Source of the DNA: Camelus ferus
Lineage: Eukaryota
DNA length: 64,000 bases
NCBI RefSeq assembly: GCF_009834535.1
Contig: NC_045697.1
Location: forward strand, 19,842,001-19,906,000
Direction: 5' to 3'
Every line of letters starts with the position of its first letter. Positions within the stretch are counted from its first letter, which is position 1. This document shows, in pieces, positions 25,051 through 39,908 of the stretch. Position numbers and translations under genes: made by a program. The notes below the pieces were generated by a model. The model made no database searches. It had not been told where the DNA came from and was given only the letters and a program-made list of their open reading frames with translations.

Positions 25051-27879
25051 AATGACAATCTCTGCACACGGGAGCTTGTCCAAACTTCATAAGCATAAAT
25101 TGAATGAATGAACATGAAAGCATAAGCACATCCTCAGTGCTCTACCTCATGACAGGTGTGAGATACTCAGAACAGGGAACTTCTCAAAGTACTTGCTAAT
25201 TTAGATTGTAATTCAGAGTTTATGTATATATATATAGAGAGAGATCTATATATATTTGTTGAATATGTATATATGTATTATATAAATTATATATATATAT
25301 ACACACACTCACACATACACACACACACACATAAATAATAGAGCACACATCTCGTGTCAGGTAGTCAACAACACAATAGAAGTATCTGAACTTTAAATGA
25401 TGACATCATTTTGACTATATTGTTTCTCCACAGAAACACCCATTAATGTGCATAATTTTAAGGACTAAATCAATGAAATTAAGGAACGTTCTGGCCATTT
25501 ATTTTTCCGAAATCTCACTAAAGGAAGTCAGTGTGAGCTGATCCCAAATTAATAAAATTGTTTAATCTGAATACTTTTCTTCACGAGTTACCTATGGGAA
25601 TTAATCCCTACTCTCCAACTTTCTACGTAAGCAGGCTAACCAGAGTTGATGGCTCTCCTGAGAGTACCTTTATAATATATTAAATGTGTTTTAATTACTT
25701 ATTTTCAATACTCACGATTTTTAAAAACAAGGTATTTAAAATAGCTGCTCTATGATTTCTACCGATTTTACTGGTTCATTATCATTGCTATGTCTTCAGT
25801 ACTGCTGTATTTTAATTACTGGTTTTTTTCCACCTTCTAAGAATTATTCCTTTCTATAACCAACAAATGTTTTTTTCTATTTCCCGTAGTGTTAACCACA
25901 GTGCTGCTTACCCAGTGGTTCTTCAGTAAATGTTTGGTGAATTGAAATGGATGCAAACTTAGGGTTTTTCATCTATTTTTCATGTATTACCAGTCTGTAA
26001 TAGTATTGTGTGATTCAAATTAAGTTCAGTTGAATATAACCAAAAGAAAAAAATTAAAAGTGAACACACATGTTTGTTCTCTTTTTGAAAAGATGGCAGG
26101 GATGGGCAGTCCAGAGTTGCTTTGGGGGTACAGCAGATGTTTCCAGGTCTCAGCCATTTTCTGCTTTCTACTTCATTGATCCTAAAATGTGACTCTTGTT
26201 CGTGAGTTTTAAGGTGGCTGGTGGAATGTCAACCCCCACATCTGCATTCCAGGTGCCAATTGGAGGAAAATACAAAGGAAAATAGATGAAAGACTCATAC
26301 AGACTTTCTTTTCAGGTTGTCCAGAAAAGGTCACACACAGTCTATTTATATCTGTCTGGAAAAAGCACATTTACAACATGATACCTAGTTCCAATAACAC
26401 TACATATTCAGAAGGTCGATGATGGATGAGGATGTGAGGTTTATAGCTGTGGAAGGAAGTTTTGAACAGTTACAGATCTAGGGAACCTTCAGTCTTCACC
26501 AGAATCGGAAGTGGAAAAGCCAGAATCCCCGAGAAAAGCGTGGGATTCAGAGTAATAGTTATGATCACTGGCTTGGAGGTCAGGATGACCTAGGTTTGAA
26601 ATCAGGCTTGACCGATTTTGAGCTGTGTGGACTTGAATAACTAGCTCCTCCTTAATCTTCCATTTTCATATGTGTATAAAAAGCATAATATTTTTCCTTT
26701 AATTTTTTGGTGCACTTGTGAGGTTTTAATGAGATTATTTGTGGTGTAACAGGTTCAAGTGAGTTTTCTTCTCAGTGGCATTATTGTTTTCTTATTTTTG
26801 CCAGCGATTGCTTTATTTAGTAGGAAAAAAATGGATTTGTGGTTGGAGGACATGGTGAGATTCTGGCATATACCAGTCCTGTAATCTCCCTGAAGACCAG
26901 TGCTGTTATCTGTAAAATAGTTCTACCAACACTTATTGCTGTGATGAGAATTACATAGAATATTGGATATGAGATTTTCCTCTACAGGGTATGATATGGA
27001 ATGCAGCCTTCGTAAATGTTGACTCAGTATTTTTCCCCTATTTAAGCTCATTTATTTTACCCTTTACTGTAAATAGATTTAAACAGATTTATCAAATCCT
27101 CAAAAACCAGACATAGATTTATTGCATCCCCAAAACTCAGAATATGCTGAGACACTAGTGGTTGCTGCTGACCTGATCTGAGTGACGTGTAGATATCTAT
27201 AGAGTGTGGATTCGGTCTATCAAAAATGTACTGTTCTATTGGGGTTTTCCTGTGAAATTCAGCAGCATGAGTTTTAGAATAGAGTATCAATTACTTCTTA
27301 TCTTGCCTTTGCAATAATTGCTGATTAGAGATCAAGAAATGACCTTTATTGCCCTAAATTAATATAAGTGTGCAAACATGAGGAGAAAAAAGGCTGGTGT
27401 GGCACATAGTAGGGACTCAGTCAACATTTGATGAGTGAATTAATGAACGCTAGGGCAGATGAACGCATATGTTTATGTCCTCTTCCTTGCTTCATCCCGT
27501 GGGTCTGTATTACCAGGAAATTTTCAAGAACTGATGATTTGGTCTCCGCATGGTTTCAGTTATGCTTCTTGTGTTTATTAGATTCTAAGTCATAGTGGCA
27601 GCTCTCCTCTTTACTGTTAGGTATGGTGAATGTTACAGATTCGACTAAATGAACCATAGCAAATGTAGAATAAATCTTTGCCAAGGGGATGGTATAAATT
27701 GAGGCAATTACCTCTTAGTCGCATCAGTTTCTCAATAAAAACCACATAGCTTTGGTGAACAGCACTGCAATAAAAAGGCTTGTTTTCCTGAAGACTATCA
27801 AGGTAACCTGACACTCACTGGATTGTAGGTTAAATTGACTTGAGAAATCTTTCTTTCAGTTCAATGAGTTATTAATGAT

Positions 27880-28400
27880 TTTTTTGACTAAATTGTGCTT
27901 CATGATACTCAGCAGATAAATTAACTTCTGTCGTCCTAATTTCTCATCTTTAAACGAGAGGAACATAAGTGTGTGAGCCAAAGTTTCTTTTGTCTCTAGC
28001 ATTCTGTGATTCTGTGATTCTAACAGTTTGCTTGGGTAACCCCTCAGTAGCCCCCAAAATCCAGTCTTCCACTTCTACAGAACAACACCTCCTTTTTCAA
28101 GTCTTTACCAGAGGGTCATACAGTTTTAGCTTGAAAAATCTCCTGTTATAGAATACCTTTTGGGTAAAACGACTCCACTGTCAGATTCTCCCAATTATGA
28201 GACAGTTCCTCATTTTGAGACACAGTCTTCTAGGTAATTTCTACCCATTTGTTACTTTTCCCCAAGGAGGCAAAACTTATAATACCTCTTTGCTCTGACT
28301 TTCTATCAAATATCCACAGCTGTCATGTCTACCGTGGGCTGATCTAAGCCAGTCATTCAGTTTCTGCAGTTATAAACTTCTGCAGTCAGGATTTCCAGTC
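27880..28400. mobile_element. MIR3/L3 (CR1) relics
   Basis: L3/MIR3 tail ctctagcattctgtgattctgtgattc at 27995-28020. 28180-28370 resembles antisense L3 (agttcctcattttgaga..taatttctacccatt..cagctgtcatgtc). Confidence 0.55.
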
Positions 28401-29659
28401 CTCCAAGATGTAACAGTTTCTTCTAAATCTAGAATTAATGAGCTTCAAAATATTTGCCATAAATCTGTGCCCCCTAAACAAAGAAAAAAACAATAAAACA
28501 TAGCTCCATGGCATGGACAATAAAGATGGATTATTTATATATTTAGTCCTTTTGTTTTGCCAAGAAAATATATTGTAATTTTGAATTTAGAAAACAGCTC
28601 TTGATTTCACTTTATGAAACATTGATTGTAAACTTTTCCAAGTCACCCACCCTCTCTGAGGGCTTTCTCGACTTTAAGATCACTGTCATCATCATCATGT
28701 TGTGTATATCATCTGTTATTCTGATATAATGTAAAATGCTCTGAAATTTTGAAGTTTTATATGTCTATAACTGTATAGCTTTAGTAACTGTTTTTGTATA
28801 TGTGCATAACATCATTGCCACATCATTTTCTTTTAAAAACAAATTTAAAAATAGTAGAAATGGGAATTATCAGGTCAAAGGCTATCCCTAGGGGGAGAGG
28901 GTATTTAAGCTATGTATATATACACACAAACATTGACACACACATATACTTCAAAGTTTTAATAGATATATTTATAATTATTTTGTTTAGATATAACTGG
29001 TAGTTATTTTAAATTACAAACACCAGAATTAAGTGGTCAGAGAAACAGCAATGTTTAGATTTCCTTTTGGAAAGTATAATGATGACTACCTTGAATCCAT
29101 TAAACTCTGTAATATACAATACATTTTTTTTTTTTTTGCAAATTTAAAAGTTAAGAAAATTACACAGGTGGCATTTTAAATACACTGAAGAAGGCTTACA
29201 AATCCGATGTGTGTGAATTCTTGTGGCATGTCTAGAGCCTGGTCTATATTCTGCACATAGCACCATTGAGAGCGTTTTACACTACTCGTTTAAAGTTTAG
29301 TTAACATCTAACTATTCTTTGTATGACTTGGTATTTCATAGATCAGTGAGGGAATTAAACAAATCTTATTCCAAACTTATCTCTAGTTTCTCTAAGAAAA
29401 TTACAGATACAGCTTCTAAAGGAGATAAATTTGGTCCCTTTAATACCAAATCAGCATAGAGAGTAACAGATAATAATAAGAATGTTGCAATGCATGTAGT
29501 AAATGCATTACTGAGAATTCAGCTTTGACTGCAAAATTCTAGTGGAATATATTTCATAATGTTTATTCTTTGTTCAGATTTATTTTTCATTTGTTTGTTT
29601 TTGTTTTTTGGTCTATAAGGAACCATTTAGATTAAAAAAAAATCATGCCCCAGGATATA

Positions 29660-29662
<3 letters not shown>

Positions 29663-29690
<28 letters not shown>
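29663..29690. repeat. (GT)14 microsatellite
   Basis: Direct reading. Confidence 0.97.
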
Positions 29691-29694
<4 letters not shown>

Positions 29695-32399
29695 ATAATG
29701 AAACCATCAACTGGGCTTTAAATGAACTGACCAACTTGCTTTAATGCCCCAGTGAACTCCATCACACATAGTTTTGCTACTTAAAAGTTCTTTGCAGTAC
29801 CGCATTTAGAGTAGCTTTGCTGTTTTGTGGTCTGGCCAGTATGAGAGTCTGCTGTCCTAAGGGCAATGAAAGAATCCCCCTCTTCTGGGCAAAAATGAAT
29901 GAGTTCTAGGAAAAGGGCTTGGAAGAAACTTGGGACAGCAGCTGATTCATGAGTTCAGAGAGCTAGGTTTTCCTTCAGAAAATGGAAACTCCATCATTAC
30001 ATTAAGGCAGTCAGCCCCTTTTAAGATGTCAGCAGCTGATATCTAGTACATTGTAAACCCACAGTATTATTCATCTTTTATCAAATGACATCATCAAAGC
30101 GATCACTTTTCTGTAAGCTTTGGTACCGAACACCTTTTTATCTCAGCTCCTAGCCACAGAAAGCCTTTTAGTTCCTTCTCCCAGGAGTCTACAGATGTGG
30201 TATATCTGGTTTGGAGGTGTCTCCTGACTGTTCTACAGAGGCTTAACAATCTCAGGTTTTCCTCCTGGGATGATTGGAGAATGTTCACATTGCTGGTCAC
30301 CAACACTGATGTGTATAGGTAGCATCTTGCCAGGTGGGAAGGAGGTCTGGAAGTGGGTCCATATATTAGGATCCACAGGTCGTATTGCATCAGGCACCAT
30401 CTAAGAGGTGCATATTAGAATGGCCTATTAAAAGCACTCTAGCACCAGGTCAGAGGCAATATTCTGTGACTAGGAGGTATCCAGGATGCAGTGCACACAC
30501 TGGATAGAGCCCTTTAAGTGGTCTGTGTTCCCAAACAGAAAAAAAAATAGGTCTAGAAGCCAAAAGCTGGACCCTGCAGTAGCCACCTCACCGTCCCTCC
30601 AGGGACATGCAGGAGGTGTTTGTGCTTCCTGTCCCGCAGCTCGGGCTCTGCGCTGGGTCCCTCGAGCTGGTTTCTACACAACAGGGTCACGTTGCCCTGT
30701 GAGCTACTCACTCTCTTTGGTTCTCATTAAATAATAATTCTTTCTACCTGAGTTTGTTGGAGGATTAAAGTAGATCAAGTATGGAAGTGATACAGGTCAC
30801 AGGAAGCTGCTCAATAAATATTGGTTTTCGTATTTTATTTGAGATGGTATTTAATAAAAAATGTTTTCAAAACATACTATTGAGATCTTTTGATTTGACT
30901 GAACTTAAAAGCTATTATTTGGATCATAACCCAGAAATGTTTAGAAGAGAAATCTGAACTCATCCTTTTTCCCCAATGTTTCATGGTGACATCTTGAATA
31001 AAGTGTAAAATTTGGGAATTCAGGATTGACTTTTCTAGTCCTTCTATTGAGAAAAACTGGCTATGTTGTAAAGGTGATTCTTTTCAAGTTATTGAAGACC
31101 ATAAATAACCTGTTCTCCAAAACATATACAAAAACATCTGTATTTGACTGTAAAACACCACTAAGATATTATCCATATATTGGACTCTGCTTCAGCTTAT
31201 AAAAACTGAATGTGTGACTATTTTTATGATTTTACTTTATATTGTCTCTTGTTGTAATCATAAAAGGCATGAACTTCTTTCTGATTTTGCCAGGGGAAAA
31301 TCATTAGGGCAGGAAAAATCAGAGAAATCTAGAGTTTGAGTGAAAGTGGAGCTCTTTATCTTATTTAGCGTTACTACTAAATTTGCATATCTGTAAACAA
31401 CCATTTCTTCCTTCTGGACACCAGTATCTGTGCTGGGCATCAGGTTTCATTCCACTTTCTTCAGGGAAAATGTTTCCTTTGGAGTATTACTGCCTTCTCC
31501 CCTCCCCCTTTTCTCTTCATGTCAGCAGATAACAAATTTATTGTATGCCAATAAACAAACAGTACCAAACACTGAAAGGTCTGTGTGAGATTATGAAGAT
31601 ATTTAAGCAATGAGGATGAGCCCTGCCTTCAAAGAGTTTACAGTCTGGACGATGAGTCACATGAGGAAGTTGTGGCATTATTGCATCAGACGACTTAAGT
31701 GGAGTTGATTAAAATTTTCACATCCTTTGAATACTTCTCTTTGCAAATACATAAAGAATCTTTTCAATAGGAAGACTAACAGTGAGTAAAAAGACCTTTT
31801 TTTGGGGAATAACTTAGTGGCCTTGGCTTTGCTTATGAGCATCTTTCTGTTGCTGTAACTTTCTCTCTTGTATCTTTCTCAGCATCATTTCCTAACTGGA
31901 ACCTTGTTTGGAGAGAATCTTCATGTTTCCTGAGCCTTCACCAGGGTTGCTTGGTTGTTTGTGAATGGCTCAGTTGCAGTTTGGCCTTAGAATGAATTGC
32001 AGTTTGTTTTTTTTCCTTCAACAAACCAATATTTTGATTTTTCATTTTTTAGTTGATGCTGGAATGATGTACTTTGCAGTGTGTGGTTTTAAGGGTAGGA
32101 GTGAAATGCAATAAAAAGGAACACAGGGCAAACTTTTCTCTTGTTCTGAAAATTTACTGCCATGCTTACACATTGTATTCTGTCAAGATACAAGAGAAGT
32201 TATAAAACTCTCCCTAGTTTTAAAATTAGAGTGTATTCATGTAAAGTATATGTACAATAGAAAAAGAAAGCTTTGAAGTACAAACTCAAAAGACTAATTT
32301 GGTATAAATACAAGTGTGTGTGTATATCCACATTGATCTATACATCTATACAACCAGGAAATAAAAAGCGTGTATATATAGATATATGTGGATATGTAA

Positions 32400-32628
32400 T
32401 TTTAAGGCTGTGTTTTTTTGGAGCAGTTTTAGGTTCATAGGGAGATTAAGAGAAAGGTACAAATATTTCCCATATCCCCCGGCCACACACATGCATAGCC
32501 TCTGCCATTTCCAACATCCCCCTCCAGAGTGGTACATTTATAACAATTAGTGAACCTATATTGACACATCATAATTACCCAATGTCCATAGTTTACTTAA
32601 CATTTCATCCTTGGTGCTGTACATTCAA
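32400..32628 (-). mobile_element. L1MC1/2-type 3' end
   Basis: gagcagttttaggttcataggg...aggtacaaatatttcccatatcccc...ccagagtggtacattt. Same family of 3' end as 20830-20990, in the opposite orientation. Confidence 0.8.
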
Positions 32629-32732
32629 TAACCAGATACCTAGACAGGGACATTAACCCTCACATCTACCACAGGTGCGCTGTTATTTTGAACGCATGGA
32701 TAAATTTTATTTTGTCCAGGATTTCAATCACA

Positions 32733-33236
32733 TTTTTTTAGTTTCTTTTCTTTTTAAATGAAGTATAGTCGGTTTACAGTGTGTCATTTTCTGGTATACA
32801 GCATAATGCTTCAGTCATACATGTACATACATATATTCATTTTTGTATTCTTATATATTACTATAAGAGTATTGAATATAGTTCCCTGTGTTATACAGTA
32901 TAAACTTGTTGTTTATCTATTTTATATATAGTAGTTAGTATCTGCAAATCTCAAACTCCCAATTTATCCCTTCTCACCCCCTTCCCCTGCTGGTAATCAT
33001 AAATTTGTTTTCTGTGTCTGTGAGTCTGTTTCTGTTTTGTAAATAAGTTCATTTGTATTCTTTTTAGACTCCACATATAAGTGATATATGGTATTTTTCT
33101 TTCTCTTTCTGGCTTTCTTCATTTAGAATGACAATCTCCAGGTCCATCCATGTTGCTGCAAGTGGCATTATTTAATTATTTTTTATGGCTGAGTAGTATT
33201 CCATCAAATAAATATACCACAGCTTCTTTATCCAGT
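32733..33236 (-). mobile_element. Young 5'-truncated camelid-type L1 (3' UTR)
   Basis: Highly similar to the copies at 6987-7470 and 9082-9590. Short degenerate TSD aatcac.. on both flanks. Confidence 0.92.
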
Positions 33237-35419
33237 AATCACGCTTGAGTCCAATGTTAGGCCTAAATGTTAGTGGTATTGCTCTTTAAGTGGGCACTCT
33301 AAGATTCTCTCAGGCACAGTAGGTCTTTGCTGATGAAACTACAATGCCTTAGATCGGGTCCTTCACTCACCTTCTTATGGGACAGTTCAGCCTGCTCAGA
33401 AGTAGAATAGCTGGCCCAGCATTTACATCTCTTTTTGACCACTTTAAGCGGGTTGTCCACACAGTTCTAGAGGAAGTGGTGATGACTAGCTAACTTGTCA
33501 CTACTTATATGTTCTAATGCTTCCAGAGTGAGGGGCTTCAGTCTCTTATTCAGTACAGGGCAAGTTCCTGTACTGACTCCTTTCCTCAGGTATCTTGAAA
33601 AGCTTCTTGCTCTCAGCAATCACATGGACCATCCCTTAAGTCATGGCCAGATTCATATTCAAATCTTTCTTACCTGGTTTGCCCCAAATTTGTTTCCTTT
33701 GCGTTACCCTTGGAGAAGAATTCTCTCTCTTTAGGGTGTTAAGTTATAAGTAAGGTTGGTTGGAATCATCTTGTTTTCTTGTAGAGCTGCTGTGACATCA
33801 CCCAGGAAATAAAAAGCATCTGTAGAACCTCTAGTTTCTCATCAGGCAGGAGCATAAAAATAGCCTTGACTGCCTAGAGGTACAGTACTTGGGCACATAT
33901 GGGTAGATCTGTAGGAAGGTTTCTGAGTTTTTCATCATAAATACTCCAAGAAGTTCTCCAAAACACATCTTTAATATGCCTGCCACATTATAAGCAGAGT
34001 ACCCCCTCATAATTCATGACGCTTTTATTCATCTGGCACAAAGCCTGAATCTGGGATTTTATCACCTGCCGTTTTTTAGTCCATGTGGTTGAGATATGGA
34101 TGACACCAGTGAAGGATACTAAGAGAGGAGATGTGCCTCAGGTCTGGAGAATTAATGCACTCCTTGGAGGTTGTTTAAACAATTAAAATGATACAATGTG
34201 CACAGGAAGTTGTCAATTTGGCCACCATTGGAGAAGAAATTACCTTAGGTTAAAGAGTAGATCATTGCATCATCACATCATATATCACATCACATCACAG
34301 CTGAAATACGGAGGAAAACAGAGTACTGACCATATCACCTGAACATCAAATCATGCTTGAAGCTGTCACTGTATGGGAACATTCTAGTAACATGAGTCAA
34401 AAAATGCATTCAAATTTAGGCCAATTTGAGTGGCCTTCCTTGTGATTTGCAATTAAAAACATCCCAACCTTTAGCATGTTTACATGTGTAAAAACAAGTA
34501 AGCAATATAAGGTAATAAGGCTTAATAGTTTCTGCTTGCACATACTTGTACTACATGGCTTTGAGTCTGGTTGATTTGCCATTTAATCCTGGTTTGCCCA
34601 TTTAGTGGGTATGTGTCACTGTACCAATTACTTAACTCTCCTAAGCTTGTGCTTTCGTTTGTAAAATTAGCTAGGATTTTTTTTTTCCTTCTTCAAAGTA
34701 TTGTTGTAGAGATAAAGTAATATATGTCAAGGGTTGCTTTCCTTTAAATACTCGTACTCAGGCTGCTATGCCTTATATCTTAAACTTATGTCTGAATTAA
34801 ATGATGAAACAGTTCTATCCATTGGTGCAAGACAGCAGAAATCTTTAAGAATGATTATCAGATAAGGATTTTAGCCCAGGTGAATGAAGTCAATTTGCAT
34901 CTGGAATAATATTCAAGAAATTAATTAACCCTAATATGAATAGGAATAATATGAGTATCATTTGAGTAAATAAATTGCAACTTGACCATATTAATACAAA
35001 TTAGGGATACCATTGATACACGTGTGTATATAAACATATATGTGTTATATACAATGATAAAGCAAATCAGATAAATATGACATATATAAAAATAAATTGT
35101 AATTCATGTGTCCTTTTTCTTTGGGTTACTCATTTTTGAATCTGAGGACCTGGATGTCAAAGCCATGAGCTATCTGGAGGATTCTGTGTCAATGCTCCTG
35201 CTTTCCATGTAGATATAAGCCAGGAAATGGCACTTTCTTCTTCATAAAGTTATTATTCTCTATATGGATTAGGGACAGGGTGATTGTTGGACTGAAGTGA
35301 GCATAGTCACATATCCTGATAAGTATCTAAAAAGGCAGGACTGTTTTATAAGATTTGTTAAAATAAGGGCCGTCATCTGTTCATATGTTTCTGATTTCTC
35401 ACGTCCTAAATAGCTCTGG

Positions 35420-35832
35420 GGTTCAGCAGGGAGCAGCAGCTCTGAGTGCTTTCCTTCAGTCTCTGTAAATGTCCTGGGTGAGCCGAGTGTCTGTTCACAA
35501 CCTCTGGAGGTTCCCCACTCCAGATGGGTAGGTGGCAGATTTAATACTCCAGGGAACTTAACACATGAGGCTCATCTTAGCACAAGATGGGGAGATCTCC
35601 ATGCTCTCAGAATATTAAAAGGCCTTAACTGGGTTTAGTCATGTGTACTGTCCAGATGGTCTTGACAACACTTCACTCGCTCAAGGCTGTGCCCTTGAAA
35701 AGGCTCCAGCTGTGGGAACAGTGAGCAGCTTGTAAATGACAAGGACCGAGAAGAGCTGAGGAGCCTCTGATCGACTGGGTCTAGCTCAAGGCTCAGCCAA
35801 TGATCATGTCCTCTTGAGGACCTCCTCCAGCA
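35420..35832 (-). mobile_element. Probable old ERV(L)-class solo LTR
   Basis: GC-richer ~400 bp block with an LTR-like terminus (...gaggacctcctccagca, i.e. TG start on the minus strand). Family not identified. Confidence 0.4.
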
Positions 35833-36334
35833 CCAAGTCATCATTGTTTCGGGTGGAATGGGGACGGTATTGTTTTAAATAGCTATTTAAAGCAACAGGA
35901 GAATCTTATTTAAAATCCTAAAGTATTATACCAGGGAAACATTTATATTTATTTATATAAACATTTATATTTATGTTAATATATGTATTAAATATAATAT
36001 ATTAATTTTATTAAGATATTTGTTAAATATATTTATTCCAAGAATCCCTTGGAACTGCTTCATTGGGCTTCTTTTGCTATGCTTAGAATTAGAGGTATGC
36101 TTCCAGAAACAGTGGAAAGGCTATTACTTTCAGCTAGCTCTTTTCCAACTCACATACTTAATGAATTTAAAAAAAAAAAAAAGCAAATTCTTTTTTAAAT
36201 TTTCTCCCGGTGTGAAGAGGAATAGTTTTGTAAGGAGATTCCCAAGAATTGATGAATACAATTCAATAAGGAAATCTTTCATAGAAGAATACCTATGCCT
36301 ACATGTTGCTTGAAAAATGTTAGAATTCCAGTTC

Positions 36335-36551
36335 CAGCTGACCTTCTAACAATGCTACGGTTAGGGGTGCTGACCCTGCAGATGATCGAAAATCTGTGTG
36401 TAATTTATAGTCTGCCCTCCACGTCCCCAGTTACTCTGCATCTGTGGATTCCACCAACCATGGACCCTGTAGTGCTATATTTACTATTGAAAAGTATCTG
36501 CGTGTAAGTGGACCTGCACAGTTCAAACCTGAGTTATTCAGAGTTCAGCTG
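36335..36551 (-). mobile_element. Tigger2-derived MITE (Tigger2a-type)
   Basis: Imperfect TIRs cagctgaccttctaacaa / ttattcagagttcagctg. Internal ggttaggggtgctgaccc..gaaaatc and gtaagtggacctgcacagttcaaacc are Tigger2 subterminal sequences. Confidence 0.85.
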
Positions 36552-37686
36552 TGCATAGTGACACTTCAAATCCCCTTTCTTTTCCTCCTTAATTCTTTCA
36601 TGGCATAAAATTGTTCCAGGGTACCTCCTATATCAAGTCTTTTAAATTTTCCCTGTAATTAATTCAGGAAGCTTTTCAACATCTCTTCCTCTGTTCAGAC
36701 TTCCCATCTCCTTTACTCTTAGCTTTTTATTGTGTAGAAACATCTACCTTCTCCATCTAAATACGTTCTTCCCTCCTTCAGTTTTCTGCCTTGTCTCTAT
36801 CTGGGTAAGTGCAGTTCTAATGATATGGAAATATGAGGAAGAAAGAGCAGGGAAAGACAAAGGGCAATAGAAAGGAGTACTCAGGCATTAATAAGTCATG
36901 TCCTGATCAGATGTATTTTAAACAGTTTTTAAACAAGAAATGTGCAAGATGAATGGAAATAATGTCAAGGAAGCTAAAATGTTCCCAATAAACTTGATGT
37001 TTTATTTTTTATAAGATGTTCTACACTATCAATATAAAATTCACTCAATTCAAAACAGAGATATTCTTGGTGACTTTTTTCTGTATGTAAAAAAAAAAAA
37101 TGATTGCAAAGTGTCTATTGTGGTTTTGCTTTGAAAATTCAAGAAGCAGACCTTAATGAGTGTCACGATGAGAAGCATCTCTTTGAAGCACTATGAATCT
37201 TTTAATGTCTCTGTTACACAATTTTTCAGTGGTAGTGTCTGTAACCAGAAGCTCATCTCAAAGCCTCTGCCGGGGCCAGGTACGTCTCACCTCCTCTGCA
37301 GGATAATGTTGCATTCAGTTGGTAAAAGACAGTCTTAAACATAGTAGTTGTATGTTTTTCTCCTTTGTTGTCAGTTTCAGTTTAACTTGCTTGAAATTAG
37401 TACATTTTTTTCATCAGTAAGGAACTTTATAATGATGATAATCCTAGCATTAAAGGTACAATGGAGTATGAAACATGACAATATTTATCACATGCTTTTA
37501 TTTTTGAAGATCCCTAATTGTAGGAGTATGAAATAAATATCCATCCTCAGTAAGGAGAACTTGAAAATACCTTCCAAGTTCCAAAGGACAGATAAGGGAG
37601 GTTAAAATATCAGGAGGAATAATGTGTAGTAGTCAGAGTATGTGTTTTGGAGTCAGGAACACATTTGTTTCATTAGGATTAGAGCT

Positions 37687-37689
<3 letters not shown>

Positions 37690-37776
<87 letters not shown>

Positions 37777-37797
37777 GTAGTAGTAGTAGTAGTAGTA
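37690..37797. repeat. Compound microsatellite, ~(ATA)29(GTA)7, at the tail of an antisense MIR (~37810-38030)
   Basis: Direct reading; explains the poly-Ile/Val ORF 37642-37908. Confidence 0.95.
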
Positions 37798-38059
37798 ATA
37801 ATACTTCTATTGAACAGTTACTGGGAGACACATGTTCCTTTTGTGTGCATTAATTCATTTAATTCATGTATCAACCCTATGAATTTATTACTATTATTCC
37901 AAGTATAAAATTGGTGACTGAGTCTTAGAGACGTAAAGGTAAGTTATCTGCAAATATATAATAAAGGAGTAGAATATAAAGGGTTCAAACAAAAATCGAA
38001 ATTCCAAAGCCCATACACCCAATTACTAGCATATACTGACACTTTATTCTCGTGACTTA

Positions 38060-38560
38060 AATATCAGCTGTAGGAAATAAAATGCGCTCTGGTTCATTTA
38101 AGCAGAAGAGCAAATGAACAGAGTGTATTGGGAAGCTCACATACTCTCCAAGAGGGACAGAGAGTGAGGTTTGGAGGCCACTCTTGAAGGACACACTAAC
38201 CGTACCGTGGGGGAGTTCCAGGGAGACCCCCACAGCATCTATAGGGTGCAGAGTCTGAGGGTCACACCACTCCCTTCTTCATTGCCACTGCTGCCACTCC
38301 AAGGCCATGGATTCTCTGTGTGCTGCATCATCACATGGTTTGGTCTGATTAAATCCCCACTCAGGTGTCTGAGGGAGTCTTGCTGCAAGGGAGCCTGGGA
38401 AAGAGAGTTCAGAGGAAAACCTACCCAAGGCCTTCTCAGCAGCATTCTTTCGCAGTCCCCTAGGGTTCTTTGTATTTTTGTAACCAAGCAGGATCCTATG
38501 AAGCCGTCCCAGGGCAGAACTCCTGCCTTCTGCCTCCCCATTGCCTGCATCCTCTGCCTG
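38060..38560 (-). mobile_element. MaLR LTR (MLT1K/L-like)
   Basis: gctctggttcatttaagcagaagag...gggaagctcacatact...tctgattaaatccc..caggtgtc...gctgcaagggagcctgggaaa. Confidence 0.55.
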
Positions 38561-38565
38561 CCTCT

Positions 38566-39180
38566 TGTCTGTCAAAAAACTTTAGCCAAAGAATAAATTT
38601 AATCATAGAAGTGAGAAAATGCAGAAGCAAAGGAAAACAGTCAAACAAGAAAAAAATATTAATAGTTTAATCATTAAGCCAAGTCAAGGACCTTTAGTTT
38701 CTCCTCTTGGGCTGTAGATAATATTCTGAACATATCCTTTGAGCTGTTTTCCAAGGTGGAAGAAGCTTACTGCATGATTACTGGATGGTAGCCATTACAT
38801 AAACTGCTCCATCTTACACAATTCCAAGAACTGGCCTGAAGGAAATGGTAACAAACCGATCTTGGAGTTAAAGAGTATCTGTACTTAAAACAGTCAACAT
38901 GGTACTGATCAAATCACTGCATAACCAATTTCAAGATGATTGTTGGAGCTGACTGTGCTGGTCTGCATGTAGCCCCGCTCTCTTTTATGTGCCCCTGAAA
39001 TTCCCTTTTGAAAGCTCTTGTCACTTGATCAACAGTGGGAGTTGGTTCTTTGGGACATGAGTTTACCTTCTCCCCAGGATTGCCTGCTTCCTCAGTAAAG
39101 CTGTCTTTCCTTTTAAACAACACATGTCTCTCAGAATTGGATTCTTGAGTGATGAACAGCTGAACCTAAGTTTGGTAACA
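38566..39180 (+). mobile_element. ERV1-class solo LTR of a cetartiodactyl family
   Basis: TG...CA termini (tgtc... / tttggtaaca), ~615 bp. Characteristic U3 aagaataaatttaatcatagaagtgagaaaatgcagaagcaaaggaaaacagtc; polyA-like agtaaa at ~39094. Confidence 0.8.
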
Positions 39181-39908
39181 TTTTGTCCTCAAAATAACTA
39201 CTTTGTATTATAGCTCACCTTGTGTGCACTGGTATTTCCCAGTGTATTATGACATCTTTAGTCCAGGACTGGGCGTATCCATCTTTGCCTCTCCCAGGGA
39301 TCCTAGCACAGTACTTGACATATAATTTATTTATCATTATTTCTTTCAGTGGGTTGAACTGAATGCCTGTCTTGGAATAAGGATGAGACAGAGACAGAGC
39401 TACTGAAATAATTTCTGCCAAAGGAAATGGTGAGTCACACCTCTCGGTTCCTGTTCCAGAACACTTCAATCATGCAATACTAAATTATTCTACTTAAACA
39501 CAGTTTTTCTCTACCTTCCTATTCATAGGCAGAACTTCCCGCTTAAGATTTTTAGCAGAATATTTCTAATTATGTGGTTAAAGAAATGGGCACATTGTCT
39601 TTTATTCACGGCCATTTAAATTAGTGATAGTAGGATCTCATTTGATGCAGTTTAAAAAATGAGATTATAGACTATTTAGGCTAAGAGCTAAAAATCATTT
39701 ATTATAATGTTTCTCATTTAGAAAATTGAAGAAATAAAAGGTTGAACCAAGAGATTATGAAATGACCTGTGCCTCCAGTACTGAATTAGGCTGGCGTGCT
39801 GTGGATCCCTGCTGCACTTTGTACTTACAGCATGAAGAAAGGTCTTTTCTGCTGCTCATTGCATTTACCCAGTCAGTAGCTGTAGCATGCACTAGACTCA
39901 GAACTTTT

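Noticed and set aside
37642..37908. 88-aa ORF with a poly-Ile/Val hydrophobic run
   Set aside because: It is a translation of the (ATA)n(GTA)n microsatellite.
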